Source of the DNA: Candidatus Bathyarchaeum tardum
Lineage (GTDB): Archaea > Thermoproteota > Bathyarchaeia > Bathyarchaeales > Bathyarchaeaceae
Assembly (NCBI GenBank): GCA_024650005.2
Contig: CP122380.1
Coordinates: 1,440,001-1,504,000 of the forward strand
Length of the DNA stretch: 64,000 nucleotides
Direction of reading: 5' to 3'
Part shown: positions 9,820 to 19,811 of the stretch, piece by piece
Numbering within the stretch: the first letter of the stretch is position 1
Layout of the letters: each line of letters starts with the position of its first letter
Notes under the pieces: model-generated
Told to the model about the DNA's origin: nothing
The model's database searches: none
Seen by the model: the letters and a program-made list of their open reading frames with translations, nothing else
Position numbers and translations under genes: made by a program

Positions 9820-11030
9820 TTTTTTCTCCCCAGTTTAAAATCAAGTCTAAAAAATATTGACAACATAACAACAACAGATACTCCTACAACTAAAAGAATC
9901 CCTGAGGGAAACTCTGGGATGTACCCTGAAGGAATATACTTTTCTACTGTGGCAGTAACACTTACTGGCTTAACAAGGAACCCTATTGCTCCACCCACTG
10001 CATATAAAATATCGTCAACAACAATCAGATGGATGTTATATCTACTGACCCCCATCGAAGCGCCTAAGTTCCAATCGTCTTCTTCTGGGTTGTACACATA
10101 TGTGGTGTCTGTAGGATCTACAAATCCTGTAAATCCGCCCACAACGTAGATTCGTCTTGGCGCAAATTTACCTGTTGTTGCCACAATATTTGGTTGGTTA
10201 AGTTCGATTGGAAGATTTTTCCCAAAAATCCACACGTCATTTTTTACGTTGTATATTTGGTTATACCCGCCTTCACTGGGTACCAAAAAGTAGATACTGT
10301 TTTCGATCGCAACTGTGTAGTAACTATAAGCAGCAGGTATGGGCATTGTAAATTTTTGCGTCCAACTATCATCAGTAGTATCGTAGACCCAAATACTGTC
10401 CTTGAAAATGCAGTAAATATGGTCACCGAAAACATGAGCAGTAAATTCGCCATTAACAGGAATAGATGTTTTTCTTTCCCAACTATCGGTTACCGGATTG
10501 TATGCCTCGTTAACTTGGGAATAAATGGTTTCAGATTTCTCATAGTTATATCCAATTGCTCCGCCTAAAACGTAGATTTTTCCGTCAACCATCTTAGTTT
10601 GCATACCAGATCTATTTGTAGGTAGAGATGCCTTAGTTTCCCAAATATCCATAATTGGATCATACACTTCATTAACCCCAAGGTATGACTCCTCCTTTGA
10701 GTATCCACATATACAGTAGATTTTGTCTTGGAAAACAAAAGTTCCAAAACCACTTCTTGGCGTTGGCATAGGCTCTTTAGTAACCCAAGTATCAGATGCA
10801 AGATCGTATTCTTCATTAGTGCCGTAATATACCTGCTGACTTGAATTGGAACCACCAATAGCATAGATTTTTCTATCCATTGCCACAAGCTCAAAATTTT
10901 CTCTCAAAGTAGGCATCGGCTCCACAGTTGTCCAAGAATCCTCAGTTGCCCAAACTAAAGGGGTTAATAAAGCGGGCAGAACAACAGGAAGAAACAACAA
11001 AAGAGCAAACAGAGATGCAGATAGTTTCAC
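9816..11030 (-). CDS. Secreted Kelch-repeat protein with IPEF sorting signal
   Basis: Repeated IYxxGG...YDPxxDxW Kelch units; YIPEFP + TM + basic tail. Confidence 0.9.
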   Translation of the reverse strand: MKLSASLFALLLFLPVVLPALLTPLVWATEDSWTTVEPMPTLRENFELVAMDRKIYAIGGSNSSQQVYYGTNEEYDLASDTWVTKEPMPTPRSGFGTFVFQDKIYCICGYSKEESYLGVNEVYDPIMDIWETKASLPTNRSGMQTKMVDGKIYVLGGAIGYNYEKSETIYSQVNEAYNPVTDSWERKTSIPVNGEFTAHVFGDHIYCIFKDSIWVYDTTDDSWTQKFTMPIPAAYSYYTVAIENSIYFLVPSEGGYNQIYNVKNDVWIFGKNLPIELNQPNIVATTGKFAPRRIYVVGGFTGFVDPTDTTYVYNPEEDDWNLGASMGVSRYNIHLIVVDDILYAVGGAIGFLVKPVSVTATVEKYIPSGYIPEFPSGILLVVGVSVVVMLSIFFRLDFKLGRKK

Positions 11031-11887
11031 TGTTCCTCTCTCATTTGGCTTAGTTTTTGTCTATATATGATTGCCACAACCAAGAAAGCAACTAAGAAAA
11101 TCAGTAGGGGTGTCCAGAAGGGAAACTCTGCGATTAAAGTATCGTCAACTGGTTCCATTAGTAGATAATTGTCAGCGTCTCCATAATCTTCAGGAGAAGT
11201 GGTAATCACATAGGGTGTGTCACCTATTCCATCATTGTTTTCATCTGAGCCGTTGTAGTCACTCCAGTAGTTTCTATCCACATCAGGTTCTGGAGACAAC
11301 CAAACTATGATGAAATTGCCGTCTATGAAGCTGTTTTCGGTGATCACCTGAACGCCTCCACTGTAAGCTATGGATATGGGATTAACGTTATTTACGAACG
11401 TGTTATTTTTGATGAGAAAATCATTTGGACTACCCATCACATTGATACCAATAAAACAGTCTGCTATGTAGTTAGCAATGATTGTGTTATTTGCGGTGTT
11501 GACATGTGCTACACCACAGCTAAAGTTTACGATTCGCATGTCCTTCACGGTTACATTGGATATTTTAGGACGAGACAGGTCTGACCCACGGTCATTCGAA
11601 AGGTCTATTCCTCTCTGATTTTCAACTCCATTTCCTTGAACAGTGTAGCCTGCCCCATCAAGCACAATGTTGCTCTTCTGAACCTGAATCCCCGCAGATA
11701 TGTTACCCGTTAAGACATAGATTTCACCATTTCGTTGTATCTTGTCTGTTCCCTCAACGGCTCCATCAGAACGGATGTAAATTGTGCCTTCTGCCTTCAC
11801 TAGCCCAATATTTGGAATAGAAAGTAATAAAACACAAAAAATAAGCAATACAAGAAGCGTCGCCTTTGTTTCCAGTATCATGGACAC
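11027..11887 (-). CDS. Secreted NosD/CASH-like right-handed beta-helix protein with AEF(PEF)-type tail
   Basis: IYIRSDG start, NYWSDYNGSDENNDGIGDTPY motif, IAEFP + TM + RQK. Confidence 0.85.
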   Translation of the reverse strand: MSMILETKATLLVLLIFCVLLLSIPNIGLVKAEGTIYIRSDGAVEGTDKIQRNGEIYVLTGNISAGIQVQKSNIVLDGAGYTVQGNGVENQRGIDLSNDRGSDLSRPKISNVTVKDMRIVNFSCGVAHVNTANNTIIANYIADCFIGINVMGSPNDFLIKNNTFVNNVNPISIAYSGGVQVITENSFIDGNFIIVWLSPEPDVDRNYWSDYNGSDENNDGIGDTPYVITTSPEDYGDADNYLLMEPVDDTLIAEFPFWTPLLIFLVAFLVVAIIYRQKLSQMREEQ

Positions 11888-12084
11888 CTATAATTCATAT
11901 CTTAGCAGATAGGAAAAGGGTTTTTGTCAAGAAAACTTGACTAAACTGGAGTTTGTTTGGTCAAATATTTTTGACCAGAATCATGGACTTGACAATATGC
12001 AGCCAGAAGAGGCAAATATTACATGCCTCGAGTTAAAAATTTTGCAGATGACTATGGCGATTCTTTCAATATGATTAAACTGCT

Positions 12085-12378
12085 TTCCAAAATTTAGGAT
12101 ATTTGATGGAACATAAGATACGATTAATGCTCATATAAGTGTTAAGAAGACACTGGGCAACCCGAAGATTAAAAACAATCGTTTATTTATGCCATGTTGA
12201 AAAAAGTTATTCTGCCAAGATTTCCAGACATATAAAATATAGCCACTAAAATTAGGGCTGTTTTAAAATCCAACAAGAACAAAGCGATTTGTAAAAAGAT
12301 AGTAGAAGAACTAACGCCAGCCATTGAACCTATTATTTCAGAAAAAAATGCTGCTAGGAAAAATAATATTTCATTCAC
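12085..12378 (-). pseudogene. TauE/SafE (TSUP) family permease, disrupted
   Basis: N-terminus FFSEIIGSMAGVSSSTIFL stops at 12187; homologous-looking text KRLFLIFGLPSVFLTLI* continues beyond with a further stop. Confidence 0.6.
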
Positions 12379-12479
12379 AATATCAATTTAGCTGTAGCCA
12401 GAGATAAATCTTAAAGTGATTAAATATATTCTTGGAAGCTACAACATGCATTAAACGGTTATGAAAGGGTAAATAGGCA

Positions 12480-13676
12480 ATGTTTAAAACCAAAGATTCA
12501 CCGAAAAGTGTGTTTGTGATACTTTGCCTTATGGGTTTATTTGCCATTCTGAGTTCAACCTTGTCTAAGAACCCTGTTTTGAAACCTTTTGCAACAAGCC
12601 TTGGTGCTCCAAATGATTTAGTGGGTTTAGTAGCCTCATCTTCAACTATTCCCGGAATTCTTGTCAGTTTACCTGCAGCGTCCCTTTCAGATGTTTTTGG
12701 TAGACGCAAAATCCTGATGTTTTCAGCATTTATTTTTGCTTCCGCACCGTTTCTTTATTTATTTGTTACCTCATGGTGGCAATTAATTCCTGTCCGTTTC
12801 TACCATGGTTTCGCAACTGCAATTTTTGTTCCCGTTACTGAAGCTACAATTGCTGAAAAATTTCCAACAAAACTAGGAGAACGGATTTCATTGTTTTCTT
12901 CAGTCACTGCAGCTGGAAGGGCAACAGCGCCTTTCTTAGGAGGATATATCTTGTTTTTAACTGATTACGGCTACAAGTCGTTGTATTTGGCGGTAGGAAT
13001 AGCAGGTGTTACCGCCTTTATAACTGGACTATTGTTTTTAGTTGAACAAAAGAAAACTAAAACCCAAGATTCCAACTATAACCCAACGAAAGGCAAAATG
13101 GTTCAAGGATGGCTTAAAGTAGCTAAGAATCATGACCTTCAGGTAGTAGGCTTAATTCAGGCAAGCCAATACTATGTTTTTGGTTCGGTAGAATTCTTTT
13201 TGGTCGGCTACTTGGCAGAAGTTGCAAGATTGGATCCTTTTTCTATAGGCGTGATCATGGGCAGCCAAGTAATAGTTCTCATTTTAGCAAGACCGTTTAT
13301 GGGAAAAGTATCAGATAAGATTGGGCGGGGGATTCCAATAGTATTAGGTTCAATAATAAGTTGTGTGATATTAGCAGTTTTTCCATTCAGTACGCATTTT
13401 CTAACTTTATTGTTTCTTTCAATGATGTATGGACTTGGATTTGCAACTGTAATTGCTTCTACATCACCATTGACCTGTGAAATAGTTCCTTCTAATCTGT
13501 TAGGAACCTCATTGGGTTTTCTTAGTACACTAATGGATGTTGGCCAAACACTTGGACCAATAATCAGCGGAATAATTCTGGCGACGAGCCTTCAATATTC
13601 ATCAATATTTTTTTCTTTAAGCCTTATTTTAATTGCTTCCACCATAGTTTTTTTGTGCAAAGTGCCAAAAACATGA
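12480..13676 (+). CDS. MFS transporter
   Basis: About 12 TM segments; motif A LSDVFGRRK and VSDKIGRG. Confidence 0.9.
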   Translation: MFKTKDSPKSVFVILCLMGLFAILSSTLSKNPVLKPFATSLGAPNDLVGLVASSSTIPGILVSLPAASLSDVFGRRKILMFSAFIFASAPFLYLFVTSWWQLIPVRFYHGFATAIFVPVTEATIAEKFPTKLGERISLFSSVTAAGRATAPFLGGYILFLTDYGYKSLYLAVGIAGVTAFITGLLFLVEQKKTKTQDSNYNPTKGKMVQGWLKVAKNHDLQVVGLIQASQYYVFGSVEFFLVGYLAEVARLDPFSIGVIMGSQVIVLILARPFMGKVSDKIGRGIPIVLGSIISCVILAVFPFSTHFLTLLFLSMMYGLGFATVIASTSPLTCEIVPSNLLGTSLGFLSTLMDVGQTLGPIISGIILATSLQYSSIFFSLSLILIASTIVFLCKVPKT

Positions 13677-13729
13677 AGAAACGCCAAAAAATGTAGTGTA
13701 GCACATAAGAGTGTAACATTTAACTGCCT

Positions 13730-14080
13730 ATGAGTGCTTCATTTAGCATAATGCTCTCTGCGGATCATCCTACAGACAATCCCTCCATGATAATGATGCT
13801 TTCTTCCATGATCAAGTTCCCGTTAGTTTTCATAAGCGGCATATTCAGCCCACTTGAAGAATTGCCTGTTTGGGGAAAAACTGTCTCATCCATATCACCT
13901 CTGACCTATTTTACCGACCTGGCAAAATATACGATACAAGGCAACAGCTATTACCCAATTGAAGTAGATATCATGGTCCTCATAGCATTCACAATCGCAT
14001 TTCTAGTTGTAGCAATAAAAATCCATGAAAACACAATCCAAAAACGATTATGGAAATTCAGAAACATAGATGCCAAATGA
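13730..14080 (+). pseudogene. C-terminal fragment of an ABC-2 permease
   Basis: FPLVFISGIFSPLEELPVWG...SPLTY resembles the C-half of 29020..29772; N-half and ATPase absent. Confidence 0.7.
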
Positions 14081-14269
14081 ATAACCGACTAATTTAATCT
14101 TCAATGCAGTCCTCTGCTACGAAACAAACTTAAACAACAGCTAAAGAAAAGAAAAAAATACTGAATAGTTTTATGGGGGCGGATACTTTAAAAGGAAACA
14201 AATTTATCGGGATAAAACTTTTTGATGTATTGGTGCTTAAATAGTTTTTTTAGTACATAACTTAGCTTA

Positions 14270-15265
14270 ATGGAATGGCTCAAAATGGTTCTAGAACAAC
14301 TAGGATTAATTGGAAATATTATTGTTCTAATTGTTTCATTAGGGGTTCTAATTAAATCGAGTAGCTTAACAATTAATAATTCAGTTAACCTGGCAAGTGT
14401 TACAGGCTTAGGAAAAACAAAAGTTGGATTTATACTAGTTGCGTTTTCCACCTCTTTACCAGAACTTTTTGTTGCAACTTTTGCAATTTTAGATCAAGGA
14501 ACAGTTGGCATTTCACTGGGCAACATTTTAGGATCAAACATAATGAACATATGCTTAATTCTTGGAATCGGATTTCTATTAATGGCTATTAAATATCCTG
14601 AAAGTGCAGGGTTTTTCACAAAAATGACCAGGGATGAAGTAGGAAACCTTAATTTTGGAGTCTTTGTTGCATCGATAGTGCCGTTACTATTGCTTTACTT
14701 TGGATATGCTACCCAAATCATGGGTTTTATTTTGATAGGTCTTTTTATTTATAACATGTATGACCTTGTCAGAAAAAGAGAAACTGTTCAACAAATTTCT
14801 GATACTGCAGAAAAATCGGAACGAAAAAAATACCTCATTAAAGCTGTGTTTGGAATATTTGGAGTCGTCACTTCTTCATTTTTCATAATCGAATCAGCAT
14901 CCTTTTTAGCTTTAATTGCAGGCATTCCACCAATCATCATTGGAGCTACAGTAGTAGCTTTTGGAACAAGTATCCCAGAACTGGTAACAAGCGTAGATTC
15001 AATAAGAAAAGGCTTCATAGACCTTGCCCTTGGAAATGTCATTGGAAGCTGTTTTATTAACATCACATTAGTTTTAGGATTTACTTTTATATTTGCACCC
15101 TTAAACGTAGACGTTTCAGCATTTTCAGATTTAATACTATTTTCATTAATCGCTAACATAGTACTAGGTTACATAATTCAGAATTCAAGCATTGGAAAAC
15201 GCGAAGGAATAACCTTGTTACTAATTTACGCAATATTTTTAGTGGTAAGTTTTGGACAAGGCTAA
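14270..15265 (+). CDS. Na+/Ca2+ exchanger family (YrbG-like) antiporter
   Basis: Two alpha repeats: TSLPEL...GNILGSN and TSIPEL...GNVIGS. Confidence 0.92.
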   Translation: MEWLKMVLEQLGLIGNIIVLIVSLGVLIKSSSLTINNSVNLASVTGLGKTKVGFILVAFSTSLPELFVATFAILDQGTVGISLGNILGSNIMNICLILGIGFLLMAIKYPESAGFFTKMTRDEVGNLNFGVFVASIVPLLLLYFGYATQIMGFILIGLFIYNMYDLVRKRETVQQISDTAEKSERKKYLIKAVFGIFGVVTSSFFIIESASFLALIAGIPPIIIGATVVAFGTSIPELVTSVDSIRKGFIDLALGNVIGSCFINITLVLGFTFIFAPLNVDVSAFSDLILFSLIANIVLGYIIQNSSIGKREGITLLLIYAIFLVVSFGQG

Positions 15266-15321
15266 CATCTATTGAAAAATTATTTTAAACAACAATTTTT
15301 GCCTCTAATTTTTGAAAGTCT

Positions 15322-15780
15322 AATCTTTATTAACATTTTTTACAATTAAAACCGGGCAAGGTGCTTCATCCACTACTCTGTCACTAACACCGCCCAAAAA
15401 AAATTTTTTTAATTTCACCTAAGCCTCTGCTGCCAATCACGATAAAATCAAAAGATTCTAGGTTGGCAGTTTCAACTATTTTGTCTGCAGGTCTTCCTTC
15501 TAACAGTTTAGTTGTAAATTTTGTTTTAAGACTAAAATTTTTTGCTTTTCGGCTAATGTCTTCAAGAATTTTTTTATGATAATTAATTAATTTTTCTTTG
15601 TAATTTTTCGTGCTAAGCGGAGTAAATACTGATCCCTGCGCCAACAAGGAATTCGATGGAATATCAACAACTGTTAAGGCCATAACTTCTGCTGAATAAT
15701 TTTTTGCCAAGCTTAAAGCATAATCTAACGAAAGAAAGGATAATTCTGAACCATCAACAGCCAAAAGGATTTTTTTTAAT
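15322..15780 (-). pseudogene. uspA: Universal stress protein UspA, frameshifted
   Basis: AVDGS...GRPADKIV...IVIGSRG; conserved tail LGGVSDRVVDEAPCPVLIVK lies in another frame after an A7T8 run. Confidence 0.8.
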
Positions 15781-16090
15781 TAAACAAATCACAATACAAT
15801 AAACATTCAGCGGTTAGTATATTTTTTGGATTTAATTGCTTTTTCATTTTTTCACCTTCGATTGCTTGTGTAAAAACCTCAGTAGACCCATTTCTTTAAA
15901 GTAAATTCATATTGGTTTTATATCGTTTTGTTTGTTCAGGTATTTAGTTAAAGCATAGTAAAATTATGCGGCAGGGATTTCAGCCTAAATTTACTAGTAA
16001 AATATTGTTCCTTTGCAAAACGCCGCTTTTTTTAAAGATTAAAATCTAACCCAAAAACTATTTAAGAATTTAAAATTAAAGATAGCAAGT

Positions 16091-16315
16091 ATGAAAATAG
16101 TATATTTGAAAGTGTTGGGTTATGTTGGTGAAGTTCTCGGTACTTTAATGTTAATAGCAGGATTTTTTCTATTGTTCAATTATCCAAGCCAAGAATATAG
16201 ATTGCTTGAAATTGTTCTGTTTTCGGTTGGAGCATTTCTTTTGGGACTAGGACTAATTAGCTATATATTATTCCGCAACAAAACTACAGGAATTGTATTC
16301 CAAAAAGCATGTTGA
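16091..16315 (+). CDS. Small 2-TM membrane protein
   Basis: Two hydrophobic helices; TATA-like sequence upstream. Confidence 0.55.
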   Translation: MKIVYLKVLGYVGEVLGTLMLIAGFFLLFNYPSQEYRLLEIVLFSVGAFLLGLGLISYILFRNKTTGIVFQKAC

Positions 16316-16467
16316 AACCTACATGTTTTGTATTAGTCTACCTGCTAAACCATTTGAAAATCATCCAAAAATATGAATTTAAGAAAAACTATCCTTTTTT
16401 ATTCAGATTTTTTGTGTCTATTACAATCTAGATAAATTTTAATTTGTCTAAATTAACTATTTATAAC

Positions 16468-16884
16468 ATGCTACAAAAAATCCCAGACTCGTTAGCTCCA
16501 TGCGGAGTCTATTGTGAGGCGTGTCCTTCATTTAAAAAAAGCTGTAATGGTTGTGGTTCTGAAAACAAAAATCAAAAAAGAAAAAGCAAGTGGAGCTGCA
16601 AAATAAGGGTATGCTGTTTTGAAAAAAATAATTTTAATTTCTGTTATGAATGTGAAAAATTTCCCTGCAAAGAATATTCTAAAAAATTAACTGAATCCCA
16701 TAAAGGAGATAAAAAATATCAATATAGGCATGAACTGCCAAGCAACTTAAAAAGAATAAAAAAGATTGGAATACAAAAGTGGTTAAGAGAACAAAAAACA
16801 AGATGGCAATGTCCAAAATGTTCTGGAACAATAAAATTTTATCATTATAAATGTCCAGATTGTGGATTGAAAAAACAAATATAA
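16468..16884 (+). CDS. DUF3795-like Cys-rich (Fe-S/Zn) protein
   Basis: APCGVYCEACP...CNGC...CKIRVCC...FCYECEKFPC...CPKC...CPDC; ATG 16468 preferred. Confidence 0.8.
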   Translation: MLQKIPDSLAPCGVYCEACPSFKKSCNGCGSENKNQKRKSKWSCKIRVCCFEKNNFNFCYECEKFPCKEYSKKLTESHKGDKKYQYRHELPSNLKRIKKIGIQKWLREQKTRWQCPKCSGTIKFYHYKCPDCGLKKQI

Positions 16885-16894
16885 AGGCGTAAAA

Positions 16895-16982
16895 TGGTGC
16901 GGGGAGAGGGATTCGAACCCTCGAACTCCTACGAGACAGCCGCCTCAGGGCTGCGCCTTTGACCTGGCTTGGCAACCCCCGC
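16895..16982 (-). tRNA. tRNA-Leu(GAG), CCA encoded
   Basis: Reverse complement GCGGGGG...CAGCC-CTGAGGC-GGCTG, long variable arm, ...CCCCGCACCA. Confidence 0.96.
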
Positions 16983-17143
16983 AGTTGTGCAACAGGAAAT
17001 AACATAACCGATATGCTTGAAATTAAATCTTGTCCAGACAATTCTAGACATGCTGATTATTGTTGCGTGTTAGAATGCACAAGTTTGGTTCATAAAGCTT
17101 TTACTTGCGTGACTCGCAGTTACTAGTTCAGAGTTGAACAAAC

Positions 17144-18238
17144 TTGAAGGCGATAATTCTGGCAGGTGGCATTGGAACCCGACTGCGCCCTCTTAGTTGT
17201 ACTCGTCCGAAACTATTGTTTCCATTGTTAAACAAACCTCTTTTGGATGGAACCTTTGAGCGTTTAAGCCAAGCAGGATTTGATGGCGTGGTTTTAGCAG
17301 TTAAATACATGGCAGAAAAGTTCATGCAACGTTATGGCGATTCAAGTAATGGTCTTTCAGTTTGTTATTCTATAGAAAAAAAGCCTATGCATACTGGTGG
17401 GGCAATAAAATATGCTGAACAGTTAATAGGGCATGATGAGCCCTTTTTGGTTTTGAATGGGGACATATTCACTACCTTGGATTACAACAAGTTAGTAAAA
17501 AAACATAAACAAAGCAATGCAGTTGCCACAATTGCCCTTTATCAGGTTGAAGACCCTAGCAGATACGGGACCGTGAAACTAACACAAAACAATCAGATAA
17601 CCCAGTTTGTAGAAAAAGCACCGAAAGAAAAAGCCCCCAGCAATTTGATAAACGCTGGAGTTTATGTCTTGGACCCAAAAATTTTTGAGTATATCTCTGC
17701 AGGTAGACCCGTTTCTATTGAACGGGAAGTGTTCCCAGTGCTTGCTCAGCAAAACAAGCTTTTTGGTTATGAATTTAACGACATATGGATAGACATCGGG
17801 AAACCTGAAGATTATTTGAAGGCTAACAAGATTTTGCTAGATGCCGAGCAAGAGAAACAGGTTGTTGAAAACAACTTTAACGTAGCCAAAAGTGTAACAT
17901 TGAATGAACCTGTAAGAATTGATTCCAGTGTCACTATCGGGCAGGACTCAAACATTGGTCCTTATGTGGTTCTGGGAAAAGATGTTGTTTTGGGCAGAAA
18001 TGTTGCTGTAGATAATTCAGTAGTTTTTCCTGAGTCAATAATCATGGACAACGCCTCTGTAAAAGGAGCAATTATCGGGGAAGGGGTAACTGTTGGCAAG
18101 GGTGCAAAAGTCATGGCAGGATGTGTGATTGGGGATTACGTTTCAATCAAAGATAATGTTACAGTTTCTAGGAATGTTTTTGTTTGTCACTCCAAAGATG
18201 TAACAGAAAATGTTCCGGAAAACAAGCGAATAATTTGA
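17144..18238 (+). CDS. NDP-sugar pyrophosphorylase (mannose-1-P guanylyltransferase-like)
   Basis: ILAGGIGTRLRPL...PK, LNGD, FVEK, C-terminal hexapeptide repeats. Confidence 0.92.
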   Translation: MKAIILAGGIGTRLRPLSCTRPKLLFPLLNKPLLDGTFERLSQAGFDGVVLAVKYMAEKFMQRYGDSSNGLSVCYSIEKKPMHTGGAIKYAEQLIGHDEPFLVLNGDIFTTLDYNKLVKKHKQSNAVATIALYQVEDPSRYGTVKLTQNNQITQFVEKAPKEKAPSNLINAGVYVLDPKIFEYISAGRPVSIEREVFPVLAQQNKLFGYEFNDIWIDIGKPEDYLKANKILLDAEQEKQVVENNFNVAKSVTLNEPVRIDSSVTIGQDSNIGPYVVLGKDVVLGRNVAVDNSVVFPESIIMDNASVKGAIIGEGVTVGKGAKVMAGCVIGDYVSIKDNVTVSRNVFVCHSKDVTENVPENKRII

Positions 18239-18365
18239 ACTTTTATAGTTTACAGGATTTTGTTAATTTAATCCTTATCAGTTTTTAGAACATTTAATCC
18301 GCTTGCAATGAAAATGTTCGTAGAGTATTAATAACACAGTATTGTAAAGAACTGGGAGACAAAAA

Positions 18366-19727
18366 ATGTCCAGTATCATGAAACTGTCAAGCAGCGACCT
18401 AGAATCTCCGCAAACTCGGCAAAACTACACTGCGTGCATAGTAGGCTGCGGAAGAACAGGTCTAGTCACTGCTGGACTTTTTGTTGAAGCAGGATTCAAC
18501 GTAATTGGAGTGGACTCTAGTCGCCATATTGTTCATCAGCTAAAGAAAGGCGTGTCTCCTTTTACTGAAACTGATATGCGAAAATTTATTGAACCTCAAC
18601 TAAAAAACAGCAGATTCAGGGCAACAACCAATCTTCGAAAAGCAGTTACAGTAAGCAATATTATTGTAGTTGGTGTTTCAGCTTCATTGGACTCAAAAAA
18701 GAAGCCTGATTACTCACGTCTTGAACAAGCATGCAAAGACATCGGTATGAGCCTAACTTCTGGATCTTTGGTAATGTTTCAAAACATCATGGGTCCAGGA
18801 ATGACTCAGACCGTAGCAAAAGAAATACTGGAAAACGCTTCCGGATTAAAAGCTGGAGAACAATTTGGTTTAGCCTATTTTTCATCATTGAACAATTCTT
18901 CAAACCCGTCAGATAACGTGCATAACGGAACAAAAATTGTTGGTGGAATAACTAAACGTAGCCTAAAAATCAGTTGCTTAGTTTTGGAAACAATAACAAA
19001 ATCCCATGTAGTAAGAGTAAGAGACATCAAAATCGCAGAAGCTGTAAGGTTACTGGAAGAAGCCTATAAAGACGTTAATATTGCATTCGCAAATGAGTTT
19101 GCAAAGTTTTGTGAAAAAGCAGGAATAGACTTTGTAAAAATCCGGGATCTGATTAATCCTCTCAATTTTTCGGGAATGGCTGGGCTGCACACGCCACGGG
19201 ACTCGTACCTTCTTGTTGGAGAAGCAGAAGCCTTAGACGTGAAACTTCGATTGTTGTCGTTATCAGCAAAAATAAACGACGAAACCCTAGACCACGCAAT
19301 ACGCCTAATACGAGATGCCTTGCGAGAAACCAAAAAAAATCTGAGGCGTTCCAAAATTGCTGTTTTTGGTGTTTCTGCGTTGCCTAATCGAAAAAAAGTG
19401 GCTCATTCTGCTACCAAGCAACTGGTAAAGCGCCTTAAACAGGTAGGCGTTTCAGTTCAGGTTTATGACCCTTTCTTTTCGCACAAGGAACTAACAAGCA
19501 TGAACTATGATGCACAAAAAACTATGTCTCAAACTGTTGAAGGTGCAGATTGCATAGTTATTGCAGTAGCCCACGAAAAGTTCAGCAGACTAAATCTGAA
19601 GCGGCTTCACTTGTTGATGAAACAGCCCACAGCAATTGTTGACATGGGACAAGTAATCGACCCTATTAAGGCAGAAAATGCTGGTTTTGTGTACCGAGGA
19701 TTTGGCAGAGGAATCTGGACAAAATAG
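18366..19727 (+). CDS. UDP-glucose/GDP-mannose dehydrogenase family (WecC-like) protein with degenerate active site
   Basis: VGCGRTG Rossmann motif, DVNIAFANE, VYDP, terminal YRGFGRG; GGHCIP motif absent. Confidence 0.8.
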   Translation: MSSIMKLSSSDLESPQTRQNYTACIVGCGRTGLVTAGLFVEAGFNVIGVDSSRHIVHQLKKGVSPFTETDMRKFIEPQLKNSRFRATTNLRKAVTVSNIIVVGVSASLDSKKKPDYSRLEQACKDIGMSLTSGSLVMFQNIMGPGMTQTVAKEILENASGLKAGEQFGLAYFSSLNNSSNPSDNVHNGTKIVGGITKRSLKISCLVLETITKSHVVRVRDIKIAEAVRLLEEAYKDVNIAFANEFAKFCEKAGIDFVKIRDLINPLNFSGMAGLHTPRDSYLLVGEAEALDVKLRLLSLSAKINDETLDHAIRLIRDALRETKKNLRRSKIAVFGVSALPNRKKVAHSATKQLVKRLKQVGVSVQVYDPFFSHKELTSMNYDAQKTMSQTVEGADCIVIAVAHEKFSRLNLKRLHLLMKQPTAIVDMGQVIDPIKAENAGFVYRGFGRGIWTK

Positions 19728-19811
19728 AAAAAACGTTTTGGGGCAAGCCTTAAGTCTTTAGGGTTACAGATGCACTGTAAATTACAAAGACAAACTATCC
19801 AATGAATTAAG

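Noticed and set aside
15966-15990. TGCGGCAGGGATTTCAGCC as an att remnant of tRNA-Leu(GAG)
   Set aside because: Similarity too short and gapped to distinguish from chance.
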